A DNA stretch of 64,000 nt from Mobula hypostoma (lineage: Eukaryota), in assembly GCF_963921235.1 (NCBI RefSeq), contig NC_086109.1, positions 248,001 to 312,000 on the forward strand. The letters are read 5' to 3'. This document shows, piece by piece, positions 27,801 through 41,289 of this stretch. Below the pieces are notes generated by a model. The model did not search any database and was not told the origin of the DNA. It was given only the letters and a program-made list of their open reading frames with translations. Position 1 is the first letter of the stretch. Every line of letters starts with the position of its first letter. Both the position numbers and the translations under genes were made by a program.

Positions 27801-30800
27801 CGTGTCACACCGCAGTCTCCCTCAGCACAGACGTGTCACACCGCAGTCTCCCTCAGCACAGACGCGTCACACCGCAGTCTCCCTCAGCGCAGACGCCTCA
27901 CACCGCAGTCTCCCTCAGCGCAGACGCCTCACACTGCAGTCTCTCTCAGCACAGACGTTTCACACCGCAGTCTCTCTCAGCACAGACGCCTCACACCGCA
28001 GTCTCTATCAGCACAGAAATCTCACAACGCAGTTTCTCTCAGGACAGACGTGTCACTCCGCAGTCTCCCTCAGCACAGACGCCTCACACCGCAGTCTCCC
28101 TCAGCACAGACGCCTCACACCGCAGTCTCCCTCAGCACAGACGCCTCACACCGCAGTCTCCCTCAGCACAGACGTGTCACACCGCAGTCTCCCTCAGCAC
28201 AGACGCCTCACACCGCAGTCTTCCTCAGCACAGACGCCTCACACCGCAGTCTCCCTCAGCACAGACGTGTCACACCGCAGTCTCCCTCAGCACAGACGTG
28301 TCACATCGCAGTCTCACTCAGCACAGACGCCTCACACCGCAGTCTCTCTCAGCACAGACGTGTCACACCGCAGTCTCCCTCAGCACAGACGCCTCACACC
28401 GCAGTCTCCCTCAGCACAGACGTGTCACACCGCAGTTTCCCTCAGCACAGACGTGTCACACCGCAGTCTCCCTCAGCACATACGCGTCACACCGCAGTCT
28501 CCCTCAGCACAGACGCCTCACACCGCAGTCTCCCTCAGCACAGACTCTTCACACCGCAGTCTCCCTCAGCACAGACGCCTCACACCGCAGTCTCCCTGAG
28601 CACAGACGTGTCACACCGCAGTCTTCCTCAGCACAGACGCCTCACACGGCAGTCTCCCTGAGCACAGACGCCTCACTCCGCAGTCTCCCTCAGCACAGAC
28701 GCCTCACACCGCAGTCTCCCTCAGCACAGACGTGTCACACCGCAGTCTCCCTCAGCACGGACGCCTCACACCGCAGTCTCCCTCAGCACAGACGTGTCAC
28801 ACCGCTGTCTCCCTCAGCACGGACGCCTCACACCGCAGTCTCCCTGAGCCCAGACGCCTCACACCGCAGTCTCCCTCAGCACAGACGTGTCACAGCACAG
28901 TCTCCGTCAGCACAGACGCGTCACACCACAGTCTCCCTCAGCACAAACGTGTCACACCGCAGTCTCCCTCAGCACAGACGCCTCACACCGCAGTCTCCCT
29001 CAGCACAGACGTGTCACAGCACAGTCTCCGTCAGCACAGACGCCTCACACCGCAGTCTCCCTCAGCACAGACGCCTCACACCGCAGTCTCCCTCAGCACA
29101 GACGTGTCACACCGCAGTCTCCCTCAGCACAGACGCCTCACACCGCAGTCTCCCTCAGCACAGACGCCTCACACCGCAGTCTCCCTCAGCACAGACGTGT
29201 CACACCGCAGTCTCCCTCAGCACAGACGCCTCACACCGCAGTCTCCCTCAGCACAGACGCCTCACACCGCAGTCTCCCTCAGCACAGACGCCTCACACCG
29301 CAGTCTCCCTCAGCACAGACGCCTCACACCGCAGTCTCCCTCAGCACAGACGCGTCACACCGCAGTCTCCGTCAGCACAGACGCCTCACACCGCAGTCTC
29401 CCTCAGCACAGACGCCTCAGACCGCAGTCTCCGTCAGCACAGACGCGTCACACCGCAGTCTCCCTCAGCACAGACGCCTCACACCGCAGTCTCCCTCAGT
29501 ACAGACGCCTCACACCGCAGTCTCCGTCAGCACAGACGCGTCACACCGCAGTCTCCGTCAGCACAGACGCCTCACACCGCAGTCTCCGTCAGCACAGACG
29601 CGTCACACCGCAGTCTCCCACAGCACAGACGCCTCACACCGCAGTCTCCCTCAGCACAGACGCGTCACACCGCAATCTCCCTCAGCACAGACGCCTCACA
29701 CTCCAGTCTCCCTCAGCACAGACGCCTCACACCGCAGTCTCCCTCACCACAGACGCCTCACACCGCAGTCTCCCTCAGCACAGATGCCTCACACCGCAGT
29801 CTCCCTCAGCACAGACGCCTCACACTGCAGTCTCCCTCAGCACAGACCTGTCACACCGCAGTCTCCCTCAGCACAGATGCGTCACACCACTGTCTCCCTC
29901 AGCACAGACGTGTCACACCGCAGTCTCCCTCAGCACAGACGCGTCACACCACAGTCTCCCTCAGCACAAACGTGTCACACTGCAGTCTCCCTAAGCCCAG
30001 ACGCCTCACACCGCAGTCTCCCTCAGCACAGACGCCTCACACCGCAGTCTCCCTCAGCACAGACGTGTCACACCGCAGTCTCCGTCAGCACAGATGCCTC
30101 ACACCGCAGTCTCCCTCAGCACAGACGCCTGACACCGCAGTCTCCGTCAGCACAGACGCCTCACCCCTCCGTCTCCCTCAGCACAGATGTGTCACACCGC
30201 AGTCTCCCTCAGCACAGACGCCTCACACCGCTGTCTCCCTCAGCACAGACGCGTCACACCGCAGTCTCCGTCAGCACAGACGCCTCACACCGCAGTCTCC
30301 GTCAACACAGACGCGTCACACCGCAGTCTCCCACAGCACAGACGCCTCACACCGCAGTCTCCCTCAGCACAGACGTGTCACACCGCAGTCTCCCTCAGCA
30401 CAGACGCGTCAAACCGCAGTCTCCCTCAGCACAGACGCCTCACACCGCAGTCTCCGTCAGCACAGGCGCCTCACACCGCAGTCTCCCTCAGCATAGGCGC
30501 CTCACACCGCAGTCTCCCTCAGCACAGACGCCTCACACCGCAGTCTCCGTCAGCACAGACGCGTCACACCTCAGTCTCCGCAAGCACAGACGCCTAACAC
30601 CGCAGTCTCCCTCAGCACAGACGCCTCAGACCGCAGTCTCCGTCAGCACAGACGCGTCACACCGCAGTCTCCCTCAGCACAGACGCCTCACACCGCAGTC
30701 TCCCTCAGTACAGATGCCTCACACCGCAGTCTCCGTCAGCACAGACGCGTCACACCGCAGTCTCCGTCAGCACAGACGCCTCACACCGCAGTCTCCGTCA

Positions 30801-33800
30801 GCACAGACGCGTCACACCGCAGTCTCCCACAGCACAGACGCCTCACACCGCAGTCTCCCTCAGCACAGACGCGTCACACCGCAGTCTCCCTCAGCACAGA
30901 CGCCTCACACCGCAGTCTCCCTCAGCACAGACGCCTCACACCGCAGTCTCTCTCAGCACAGACGTTTCACACCGCAGTCTCCGTCAGCACAGACGCCTCA
31001 CACCGCAGTCTCCCTCAGCACAGACGTGTCACACCGCAGTCTCCCTCAGCACAGACGCCTCACACCGCAGTCTCCCTCAGCACAGACGTGTCACACCGCA
31101 GTCTCCCTCAGCACAGACGCCTCACACCGCAGTCTTCCTCAGCACAGACGCCTCACACCGCAGTCTCCCTCAGCACAGACGTGTCACACCGCAGTCTCCC
31201 TCAGCACAGACGTGTCACACCGCAGTCTCACTCAGCACAGACGCCTCACACCGCAGTCTCTCTCAGCACAGACGTGTCACACCGCAGTCTCCCTCAGCAC
31301 AGACGCCTCACACCGCAGTCTCCCTCAGCACAGACGTGTCACACCGCAGTCTCCCTCAGCACAGACGTGTCACACCGCAGTCTCCCTCAGCACAGACGCG
31401 TCACACCGCAGTCTCCCTCAGCACAGACGCCTCACACCGCAGTCTCCCTCAGCACAGACGCCTCACACCGCAGTCTCCCTCAGCACAGACGCCTCACACC
31501 GCAGTCTCCCTCAGCACAGACGTGTCACACCGCAGTCTCCCTCAGCACAGACGCCTCACACCGCAGTCTCCCTCAGCACAGACGCCTCACACCGCAGTCT
31601 CCCTCAGCACAGACGCCTCACACCGCAGTCTCCCTCAGCACAGACGTGTCACACCGCAGTCTCCCTCAGCACGGACGCCTCACACCGCAGTCTCCCTCAG
31701 CACAGACGTGTCACACCGCTGTCTCCCTCAGCACGGACGCCTCACACCGCAGTCTCCCTGAGCCCAGACGCCTCACACCGCAGTCTCCCTCAGCACAGAC
31801 GTGTCACAGCACAGTCTCCGTCAGCACAGACGCGTCACACCACAGTCTCCCTCAGCACAAACGTGTCACACCGCAGTCTCCCTGAGCCCAGACGCCTCAC
31901 ACCGCAGTCTCCCTCAGCACAGACGTGTCACAGCACAGTCTCCGTCAGCAGAGACGCCTCACACCGCAGTCTCCCTCAGCACAGACGCCTCACACCGCAG
32001 TCTCCCTCAGCACAGACGTGTCACACTGCAGTCTCCCTCAGCACAGACGCCTCACACCGCAGTCTCCCTCAGCACAGACGCCTCACACCGCAGTGTCCCT
32101 CAGCACAGACGTGTCACACCGCAGTCTCCCTCAGCACAGACGCCTCACACCGCAGTCTCCCTCAGCACAGACGCCTCACACCGCAGTCTCCCTCAGCACA
32201 GACGCCTCACACCGCAGTCTCCCTCAGCACAGACGCCTCACACCGCAGTCTCCCTCAGCACAGACACGTCACACCTCAGTCTCCGCCAGCACAGACGCCT
32301 AACACCGCAGTCTCCCTCAGCACAGACGCCTCAGACCGCAGTCTCCGTCAGCACAGACGCGTCACACCGCAGTCTCCCTCAGCACAGACGCCTCACACCG
32401 CAGTCTCCCTCAGTACAGATGCCTCACACCGCAGTCTCCGTCAGCACAGACGCGTCACACCGCAGTCTCCGTCAGCACAGACGCCTCACACCGCAGTCTC
32501 CGTCAGCACAGACGCGTCACACCGCAGTCTCCCACAGCACAGACGCCTCACACCGCAGTCTCCCTCAGCACAGACGCGTCACACCGCAATCTCCCTCAGC
32601 ACAGACGCCTCACACTGCAGTCTCCCTCAGCACAGACGCCTCACACCGCAGTCTCCCTCACCACAGACGCCTCACACCGCAGTCTCCCTCAGCACAGACG
32701 CCTCACACCGCAGTCTCCCTCAGCACAGACGCCTCACACTGCAGTCTCCCTCAGCACAGACCTGTCACACCGCAGTCTCCCTCAGCACAGATGCGTCACA
32801 CCACTGTCTCCCTCAGCACAGACGTGTCACACCGCAGTCTCCCTCAGCACAGACGCGTCACACCACAGTCTCCCTCAGCACAAACGTGTCACACCGCAGT
32901 CTCCCTAAGCCCAGACGCCTCACACCGCAGTCTCCCTCAGCACAGACGCCTCACACCGCAGTCTCCCTCAGCACAGACGTGTCACACCGCAGTCTCCGTC
33001 AGCACAGATGCCTCACACCGCAGTCTCCCTCAGCACAGACGCCTGACACCGCAGTCTCCGTCAGCACAGACGCCTCACCCCTCCGTCTCCCTCAGCACAG
33101 ATGTGTCACACCGCAGTCTCCCTCAGCACAGACGCCTCACACCGCTGTCTCCCTCAGCACAGACGCGTCACACCGCAGTCTCCGTCAGCACAGACGCCTC
33201 ACACCGCAGTCTCCGTCAACACAGACGCGTCACACCGCAGTCTCCCACAGCACAGACGCCTCACACCGCATCTCCCTCAGCACAGACGTGTCACACCGCA
33301 GTCTCCCTCAGCACAGACGCGTCAAACCGCAGTCTCCCTCAGCACAGACGCCTCACACCGCAGTCTCCGTCAGCACAGGCGCCTCACACCGCAGTCTCCC
33401 TCAGCATAGGCGCCTCACACCGCAGTCTCCCTCAGCACAGACGCCTCACACCGCAGTCTCCGTCAGCACAGACGCGTCACACCTCAGTCTCCGCAAGCAC
33501 AGACGCCTAACACCGCAGTCTCCCTCAGCACAGACGCCTCAGACCGCAGTCTCCGTCAGCACAGACGCGTCACACCGCAGTCTCCCTCAGCACAGACGCC
33601 TCACACCGCAGTCTCCCTCAGTACAGATGCCTCACACCGCAGTCTCCGTCAGCACAGACGCGTCACACCGCAGTCTCCGTCAGCACAGACGCCTCACACC
33701 GCAGTCTCCGTCAGCACAGACGCGTCACACCGCAGTCTCCCACAGCACAGACGCCTCACACCGCAGTCTCCCTCAGCACAGACGCGTCACACCGCAATCT

Positions 33801-36800
33801 CCCTCAGCACAGACGCCTCACACTGCAGTCTCCCTCAGCACAGACGCCTCACACCGCAGTCTCTCTCAGCACAGACGTTTCACACCGCAGTCTCCGTCAG
33901 CACAGACGCCTCACACCGCAGTTTCTCTCAGCACAGACGTGTCACACCGCAGTCTCCCTCAGCACAGACGCCTCACACCGCAGTCTCCCTCAGCACAGAC
34001 GTGTCACACCGCAGTCTCCCTCAGCACAGACGCCTCACACCGCAGTCTTCCTCAGCACAGACGTGTCACACCGCAGTCTCCCTCAGCACAGACGCCTCAC
34101 TCCGCAGTCTTCCTCAGCACAGACGCCTCACACCGCAGTCTCCCTCAGCACAGACGTGTCACACCGCAGTCTCCCTCAGCACAGACGTGTCACACCGCAG
34201 TCTCCCTCAGCACAGACGCCTCACACCGCAGTCTCCCTCAGCACAGACGCCTCACACCGCAGTCTCCCTCAGCACAGACGCCTCACACCGCAGTCTCCCT
34301 CAGCACAGACGCCTCACACCGCAGTCTCCCTCAGCACAGACCTGTCACACCGCAGTCTCCCTCAGCACAGTCGCGTCACACCACTGTCTCCCTCAGCACA
34401 GACGTGTCACACCGCAGTCTCCCTCAGCACAGACGCGTCACACCACAGTCTCCCTCAGCACAAATGTGTCACACCGCAGTCTCCCTGAGCCCAGACGCCT
34501 CACACCGCAGTCTCCCTCAGCACAGACGTGTCACAGCACAGTCTCCGTCAGCAGAGACGCCTCACACCGCAGTCTCCCTCAGCACAGACGTGTCACAGCA
34601 CAGTCTCCGTCAGCAGAGACGCCTTACACCGCAGTCTCCCTCAGCACAGACGCCAGACACCGCAGTCTCCCTCAGCACAGACGCCTCACACCGCAGTCTC
34701 CCTCAGCACAGACCTGTCACACCGCAGCCTCCCTCAGCACAGACGCTTCACACCGCAGTCTCCCTCAGCACAGGCGCCTCACACCACAGTCTCCCTCAGC
34801 ACAGACGCCTCACAGCACAGACTCCGTCAGCACAGTCGCCCTACGCCGCAGTCTCCCTCAGCACAGACGCCTCACACCGCAGTCTCCCTCAGCACAGACG
34901 CCTCACACCGCAGTCTCCCTCAGCACAGACGCCTCACACCGCAGTCTCCCTCAGCACAAACGTGTCACAGCACAGTCTCCGTCAGCAGAGACGCCTTACA
35001 CCGCAGTCTCCCTCAGCACAGACGCCTCAAACCGCAGTCTCCCTCAGCACAGACGCCAGACACCGCAGTCTCCCTCAGCACAGACGCCTCACACCGCAGT
35101 CTCCCTCAGCACAGACCTGTCACACCGCAGCCTCCCTCAGCACAGACGCTTCACACCGCAGTCTCCCTCAGCACAGGCGCCTCACACCACAGTCTCCCTC
35201 AGCACAGACACCTCACAGCACAGACTCCGTCAGCACAGTCGCCCTACGCCGCAGTCTCCCTCAGCACAGACGCCTCACACCGCAGTCTCCCTCAGCACAG
35301 ACGCCTCACACCGCAGTCTCCCTCAGCACAGACGCCTCACACCGCAGTCTCCCTCAGCACAGACGCCTCACACTGCAGTCTCTCTCAGCACAGACGTTTC
35401 ACACCGCAGTCTCCGTCAGCACAGACGCCTCACACCGCAGTCTCCCTCAGCACAGACGTGTCACACCGCAGTCTCTCTCAGCACAGACGCCTCACACCGC
35501 AGTCTCTATCAGCACAGAAATCTCACAACGCAGTTTCTCTCAGGACAGACGTGTCACTCCGCAGTCTCCCTCAGCACAGACGCCTCACACCGCAGTCTCC
35601 CTCAGCACAGACGCCTCACACTGCAGTCTCCCTCAGCACAGACGCCTCACACCGCAGTCTCCCTCAGCACAGACGTGTCACACCGCAGTCTCCCTCAGCA
35701 CAGACGCCTCACACCGCAGTCTTCCTCAGCACAGACGCCTCACACCGCAGTCTCCCTCAGCACAGACGTGTCACACCGCAGTCTCCCTCAGCACAGACGT
35801 GTCACACCGCAGTCTCACTCAGCACAGACGCCTCACACCGCAGTCTCTCTAAGCACAGACGTGTCACACCGCAGTCTTCCTCAGCACAGACGTGTCACAA
35901 CGCAGTCTCCCTCAGCACAGACGCGTCAAACCGCAGTCTCCCTCAGCACAGATGCCTCACAACGCAGTCTCCGTCAGCACAGGCGCCTCACACCGCAGTC
36001 TCCCTCAGCACAGGCGCCTCACACCGCAGTCTCCCGCAGCACAGACGTGTCACACCGCAGTCTCCCTCAGCACAGACGCTTCACACCGCAGTCTCCCTCA
36101 GCACAGACGCTTCACACCACAGTCTCCCTCAGCACAGACGCTTCACACCGCAGTCTCCCTCAGCACAGACGCTTCACACCACAGTCTCCCTCAGCACAGA
36201 CGCCTCACAGCACAGTCTCCGTCAGCACAGACTCCCTACACCGCAGTCTCCGTCAGCACAGACGCCTCACTCCGCAGTCTCCCTCAGCACAGACGCCTCA
36301 CACCGCACTCTCCCTCAGCACAGACGTGTCACACCGCAGTCTCCCTCAGCACAGACGCCTCACACCGCTGTCTCCCTCAGCACAGACGTGTCACACCGCA
36401 GTTTCCCTCAGCACAGACGTGTCACACCGCAGTCTCCCTCAGCACATACGCGTCACACCACAGTCTCCCTCAGCGCAGACGCCTCACACCGCAGTCTCCC
36501 TCAGCACAGACGCCTCACACTGCAGTCTCTCTCAGCACAGACGTTTCACACCGCAGTCTCCGTCAGCACAGACGCCTCACACCGCAGTCTCCCTCAGCAC
36601 AGACGTGTCACACCGTAGTCTCTCTCAGCACAGACGCCTCACACCGCAGTCTCTATCAGCACAGAAATCTCACAACGCAGTTTCTCTCAGGACAGACGTG
36701 TCACTCCGCAGTCTCCCTCAGCACAGACGCCTCACACCGCAGTCTACCTCAGCACAGACGCCTCACACTGCTGTCTCCCTCAGCACAGACGCCTCACACC

Positions 36801-39800
36801 GCAGTCTCCCTCAGCACAGACGTGTCACACCGCAGTCTCCCTCAGCACAGACGCCTCACACCGCAGTCTTCCTCAGCACAGACGCCTCACACCGCAGTCT
36901 CCCTCAGCACAGACGTGTCACACCGCAGTCTCCCTCAGCACAGACGTGTCACATCGCAGTCTCACTCAGCACAGACGCTACACACCGCAGTCTCTCTCAG
37001 CACAGACGTGTCACACCGCAGTCTTCCTCAGCACAGACGTATCACAACGCAGTCTCCCTCAGCACAGACGCGTCAAATCGCAGTCTCCCTCAGCACAGAT
37101 GCCTCACAACGCAGTCTCCGTCAGCACAGGCGCCTCACACCGCAGTCTCCCTCAGCACAGGCGCCTCACACCGCAGTCTCCCTCAGCACAGACGTGTCAC
37201 ACCGCAGTCTCCGTCAGCACAGGCGCCTCACACCGCAGTCTCCCTCAGCACAGGCGCCTCACACCGCAGTCTCCCTCAGCACAGACGTGTCACACCGCAG
37301 TCTCCCTCAGCACAGACGCTTCACACCGCAGTCTCCCTCAGCACAGACGCTTCACACCACAGTCTCCCTCGGCACAGACGCCTCACAGCACAGTCTCCGT
37401 CAGCACAGACTCCCTACACCGCAGTCTCCGTCAGCACAGACGCCTCACTCCGCAGTCTCCCTCAGCACAGACGCCTCACACCGCACTCTCCCTCAGCACA
37501 GACGTGTCACACCGCAGTCTCCCTCAGCACAGACGCCTCACACCGCAGTCTCCCTCAGCACAGACGTGTCACACCGCAGTTTCCCTCAGCACAGACGTGT
37601 CACACCGCAGTCTCCCTCAGCACAGACGCCTCACACCGCAGTCTCCCTCAGCACAGACGCCTCACACCGCAGTCTCCCTCACCACAGACGCCTCACACCG
37701 CAGTCTCCCTCAGCACAGACGCCTCACACCGCAGTCTCCCTCAGCACAGACGCCTCACACTGCAGTCTCCCTCAGCACAGACCTGTCACACCGCAGTCTC
37801 CCTCAGCACAGATGCGTCACACCACTGTCTCCCTCAGCACAGACGTGTCACACCGCAGTCTCCCTCAGCACAGACGCGTCACACCACAGTCTCCCTCAGC
37901 ACAAACGTGTCACACCGCAGTCTCCCTGAGCCCAGACGCCTCACACCGCAGTCTCCCTCAGCACAGACGCCTCACACCGCAGTCTCCCTCAGCACAGACG
38001 TGTCACACCGCAGTCTCCGTCAGCACAGATGCCTCACACCGCAGTCTCCCTCAGCACAGACGCCTCACACCGCAGTCTCCGTCAGCACAGACGCCTCACC
38101 CCTCCGTCTCCCTCAGCACAGATGCGTCACACCGCAGTCTCCCTCAGCACAGACGCCTCACACCGCAGTCTCCCTCAGCACAGACGCCTCACACCGCAGT
38201 CTCCGTCAGCACAGACGCGTCACACCGCAGTCTCCGTCAGCACAGACGCCTCACACCGCAGTCTCCGTCAACACAGACGCGTCACACCGCAGTCTCCCAC
38301 AGCACAGACGCCTCACACCGCATCTCCCTCAGCACAGACGTGTCACACCGCAGTCTCCCTCAGCACAGACGCGTCAAACCGCAGTCTCCCTCAGCACAGA
38401 CGCCTCACACCGCAGTCTCCGTCAGCACAGGCGCCTCACACCGCAGTCTCCCTCAGCATAGGCGCCTCACACCGCAGTCTCCCTCAGCACAGACGCCTCA
38501 CACCGCAGTCTCCGTCAGCACAGACGCGTCACACCTCAGTCTCCGCCAGCACAGACGCCTAACACCGCAGTCTCCCTCAGCACAGACGCCTCAGACCGCA
38601 GTCTCCGTCAGCACAGACGCGTCACACCGCAGTCTCCCTCAGCACAGACGCGTCACACCGCAGTCTCCCTCAGCACAGACGCCTCACACCGCAGTCTCCC
38701 TCAGCACAGATGCCTCACACCGCAGTCTCCGTCAGCACAGACGCGTCACACCGCAGTCTCCGTCAGCACAGACGCCTCACACCGCAGTCTCCGTTAGCAC
38801 AGACGCGTCACACCGCAGTCTCCCACAGCACAGACGCCTCACACCGCAGTCTCCCTCAGCACAGACGCTTCACACCGCAATCTCCCTCAGCACAGACGCC
38901 TCACATAGCAGTCTCCCTCAGCACAGACGCCTCACACCGCAGTCTATCTCAGCACAGACGTTTCACACCGCAGTCTCCGTCAGCACAGACGCCTCACACC
39001 GCAGTTTCTCTCAGCACAGACGTGTCACACCGCAGTCTCCCTCAGCACAGACGCCTCACACCGCAGTCTCCCTCAGCACAGACGTGTCACACCGCAGTCT
39101 CCCTCAGCACAGACGCCTCACACCGCAGTCTTCCTCAGCACAGACGTGTCACACCGCAGTCTCCCTCAGCACAGACGCCTCACTCCGCAGTCTTCCTCAG
39201 CACAGACGCCTCACACCGCAGTCTCCCTCCGCACAGACGTGTCACACCGCAGTCTCCCTCAGCACAGACGTGTCACACCGCAGTCTCCCTCAGCACAGAC
39301 GCTTCACACCGCAGTCTCCCTCAGCACAGGCGCCTCACACCGCAGTCTCCCTCAGCACAGACGCCTCACAGCACAGTCTCCGTCAGCACAGACGCCCTAC
39401 ACCGCAGTCTCCGTCAGCACAGACGCCTCACTCCGCAGTCTCCCTCAGCACAGACGCCTCACACCGCAGTCTCCGTCAGCACAGACGTGTCACACCGCAG
39501 ACTCCCTCAGCACAGACGCCTCACACCGCAGTCTCTCTCAGCACAGATGTGTCACACCGCAGTCTCCCTCAGCACAGACGTTTCACACCGCAGTCTCCCT
39601 CAGCACAGACGCGTCACACCTCTGTCTCCCTCAGCACAGACGCCTCACACCGCAGTCTCCCTCAGCACAGATGCCTCACACCACAGTCTCCGTCAGCAAA
39701 GACGCGTCACACCGCAGTCTCCATCAGCACAGACGCCTCACACCGCAGTCTCCCTCAGCACAGACGTGTCACACCGCAGTCTCCCTCAGCACAGACGTGT

Positions 39801-40951
39801 CACACCGCAGTCTCCCTCAGCACAGACGCCTCACACCGCAGTCTCCCTCAGCACAGACGCCTCACACCGCAGTCTCCCTCTGCACAGACGCGTCACACCG
39901 CAGTCTCCCTTAGCACAGACGCCTCACACCGCAGTCTCCCTCAGCACAAATGTGTCATACCGCAGTCTCCCTCAGCACAGACGCCTCACACCGCAGTCTC
40001 CCTCAACACCAACGTGTCACACCGCAGTCTCCCTCAGCACAGACGTGTCACACCACAGTCTCCCTCAGCACAGACGCCTCACACCGCAGTCTCCCTCAGC
40101 ACAGACGCCTCACACCGCAGTCTCCCTCAGCACAGACGCCTCACACCGCAGTCTCCCTCAGCACAGACGTGTCACACCGCAGTCTTCCTCAGCACAGACG
40201 CCTCACACCGCAGTCTCCCTCAGTACAGACGCCTCACACCACAGTCTCCCTCAGCACAGACGCCTCACACCGCAGTCTCCCTCAGCACAGACGCCTCACA
40301 CCGCAGTCTCCCTCAGCACAAACGTGTCACACCGCAGTCTCCCTCAGCACAGACGCCTCACACCGCAGTCTCCCTCAGCACTGACGCCTCACACTGCAGT
40401 CTCTCTCAGCACAGACGCCTCACACCGCAGTCTCCCTCACCACAGACGCCTCACACCGCAGTCTCCCTCAGCGCAGACGCCTCACACCGCAGTCTCCCTC
40501 AGCACAGACCTGTCACACCGCAGTCTCCCTCAGCACAGTCGCGTCACACCACTGTCTCCCTCAGCACAGACGTGTCACACCGCAGTCTCCCTCAGCACAG
40601 ACGCGTCACACCACAGTCTCCCTCAGCACAAACGTGTCACACCGCAGTCTCCCTGAGCCCAGACGCCTCACACCGCAGTCTCCCTCAGCACAGACGTGTC
40701 ACAGCACAGTCTCCGTCAGCAGAGACGCCTCACACCGCAGTCTCCCTCAGCACAGACGCCTCACACCGCAGTCTCCCTCAGCACAGACGTGTCACACTGC
40801 AGTCTCCCTCAGCACAGACGCCTCACACCGCAGTCTCATTCAGCACATCCGCTTCACACCGCCGTCTCCCTCAGCACAGATGTGTCACACCGCAGTCTCC
40901 CTCAGCACAGACGCTTCACACCGCAGTCTTCCTCAGCACAGGTGCGTCACA
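6866..40951 (+). repeat. 31-bp tandem satellite array, about 1100 units, consensus CCGCAGTCTCCCTCAGCACAGACGCCTCACA
   Basis: Directly visible head-to-tail 31-mers over 34,086 bp; common variants GACGTGTC, GACGCGTC, GGCGCCTC, CTCCGTC, CTCTCTC; a few 30-, 32- and 18-bp units. Confidence 0.99.
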
Positions 40952-41220
40952 AGGCTCTGTGCCTACCTTCTGCTCTACTTGATTCATATTTATAACTGTT
41001 AGGCTAAGTGCAGCTGTAATGCCATATTTAAGTTTGCTGATAGCACCACTGTTGTTGGAAGAGTCAAAGGTGGTGACAAGTCAGCATGTAAGAGGGAGAT
41101 TAAAAATCTGGCTGAGTTGTGCCACAACAACAACCTCTCACAATGTTATAAGACGATTATCGACCTCAGGATGAGGAAACCGGAGGTCCATGAACCAGTC
41201 CTCATTAGGGGATGGGAAGT
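40952..41220 (+). mobile_element. Rex1/Babar LINE, RT continuation after the satellite
   Basis: Last unit reads LSTGASQGSV, then (frameshift) LLYLIHIYNC*AKCSCNAIFKFADSTTVVGRVKGGDKSACKREIKNLAELCHNNNL, the RT segment that follows PQG in the copy at 4200-4550. Confidence 0.9.
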
Positions 41221-41289
41221 TATGTACATCTATGTACCTTGATAATACACTGACTTTGAACTTTGACTTGAATCCAGAGAGCGGCAGGA

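Noticed and set aside
6866..40951. CRISPR array (repeat length 31 bp)
   Set aside because: Units are head-to-tail with no unique spacers, there are no cas genes, and the context is eukaryotic.
6866..40951. Immunoglobulin switch region or V(D)J recombination-signal array (AGCA motif, CACAG)
   Set aside because: No consensus CACAGTG heptamer with nonamer, no Ig or TCR segments nearby, and the motifs are explained by the LINE origin.
6866..40951. Centromeric satellite
   Set aside because: No CENP-B-box-like motif seen in the unit; centromere function cannot be judged from sequence alone.
6779..41002. Giant ORFs (up to 2321 aa) as mucin-like or repeat protein genes
   Set aside because: They overlap in all three frames with the same peptide, the DNA period is not a multiple of 3, there is no signal peptide or unique domain, and stops are scattered point variants.
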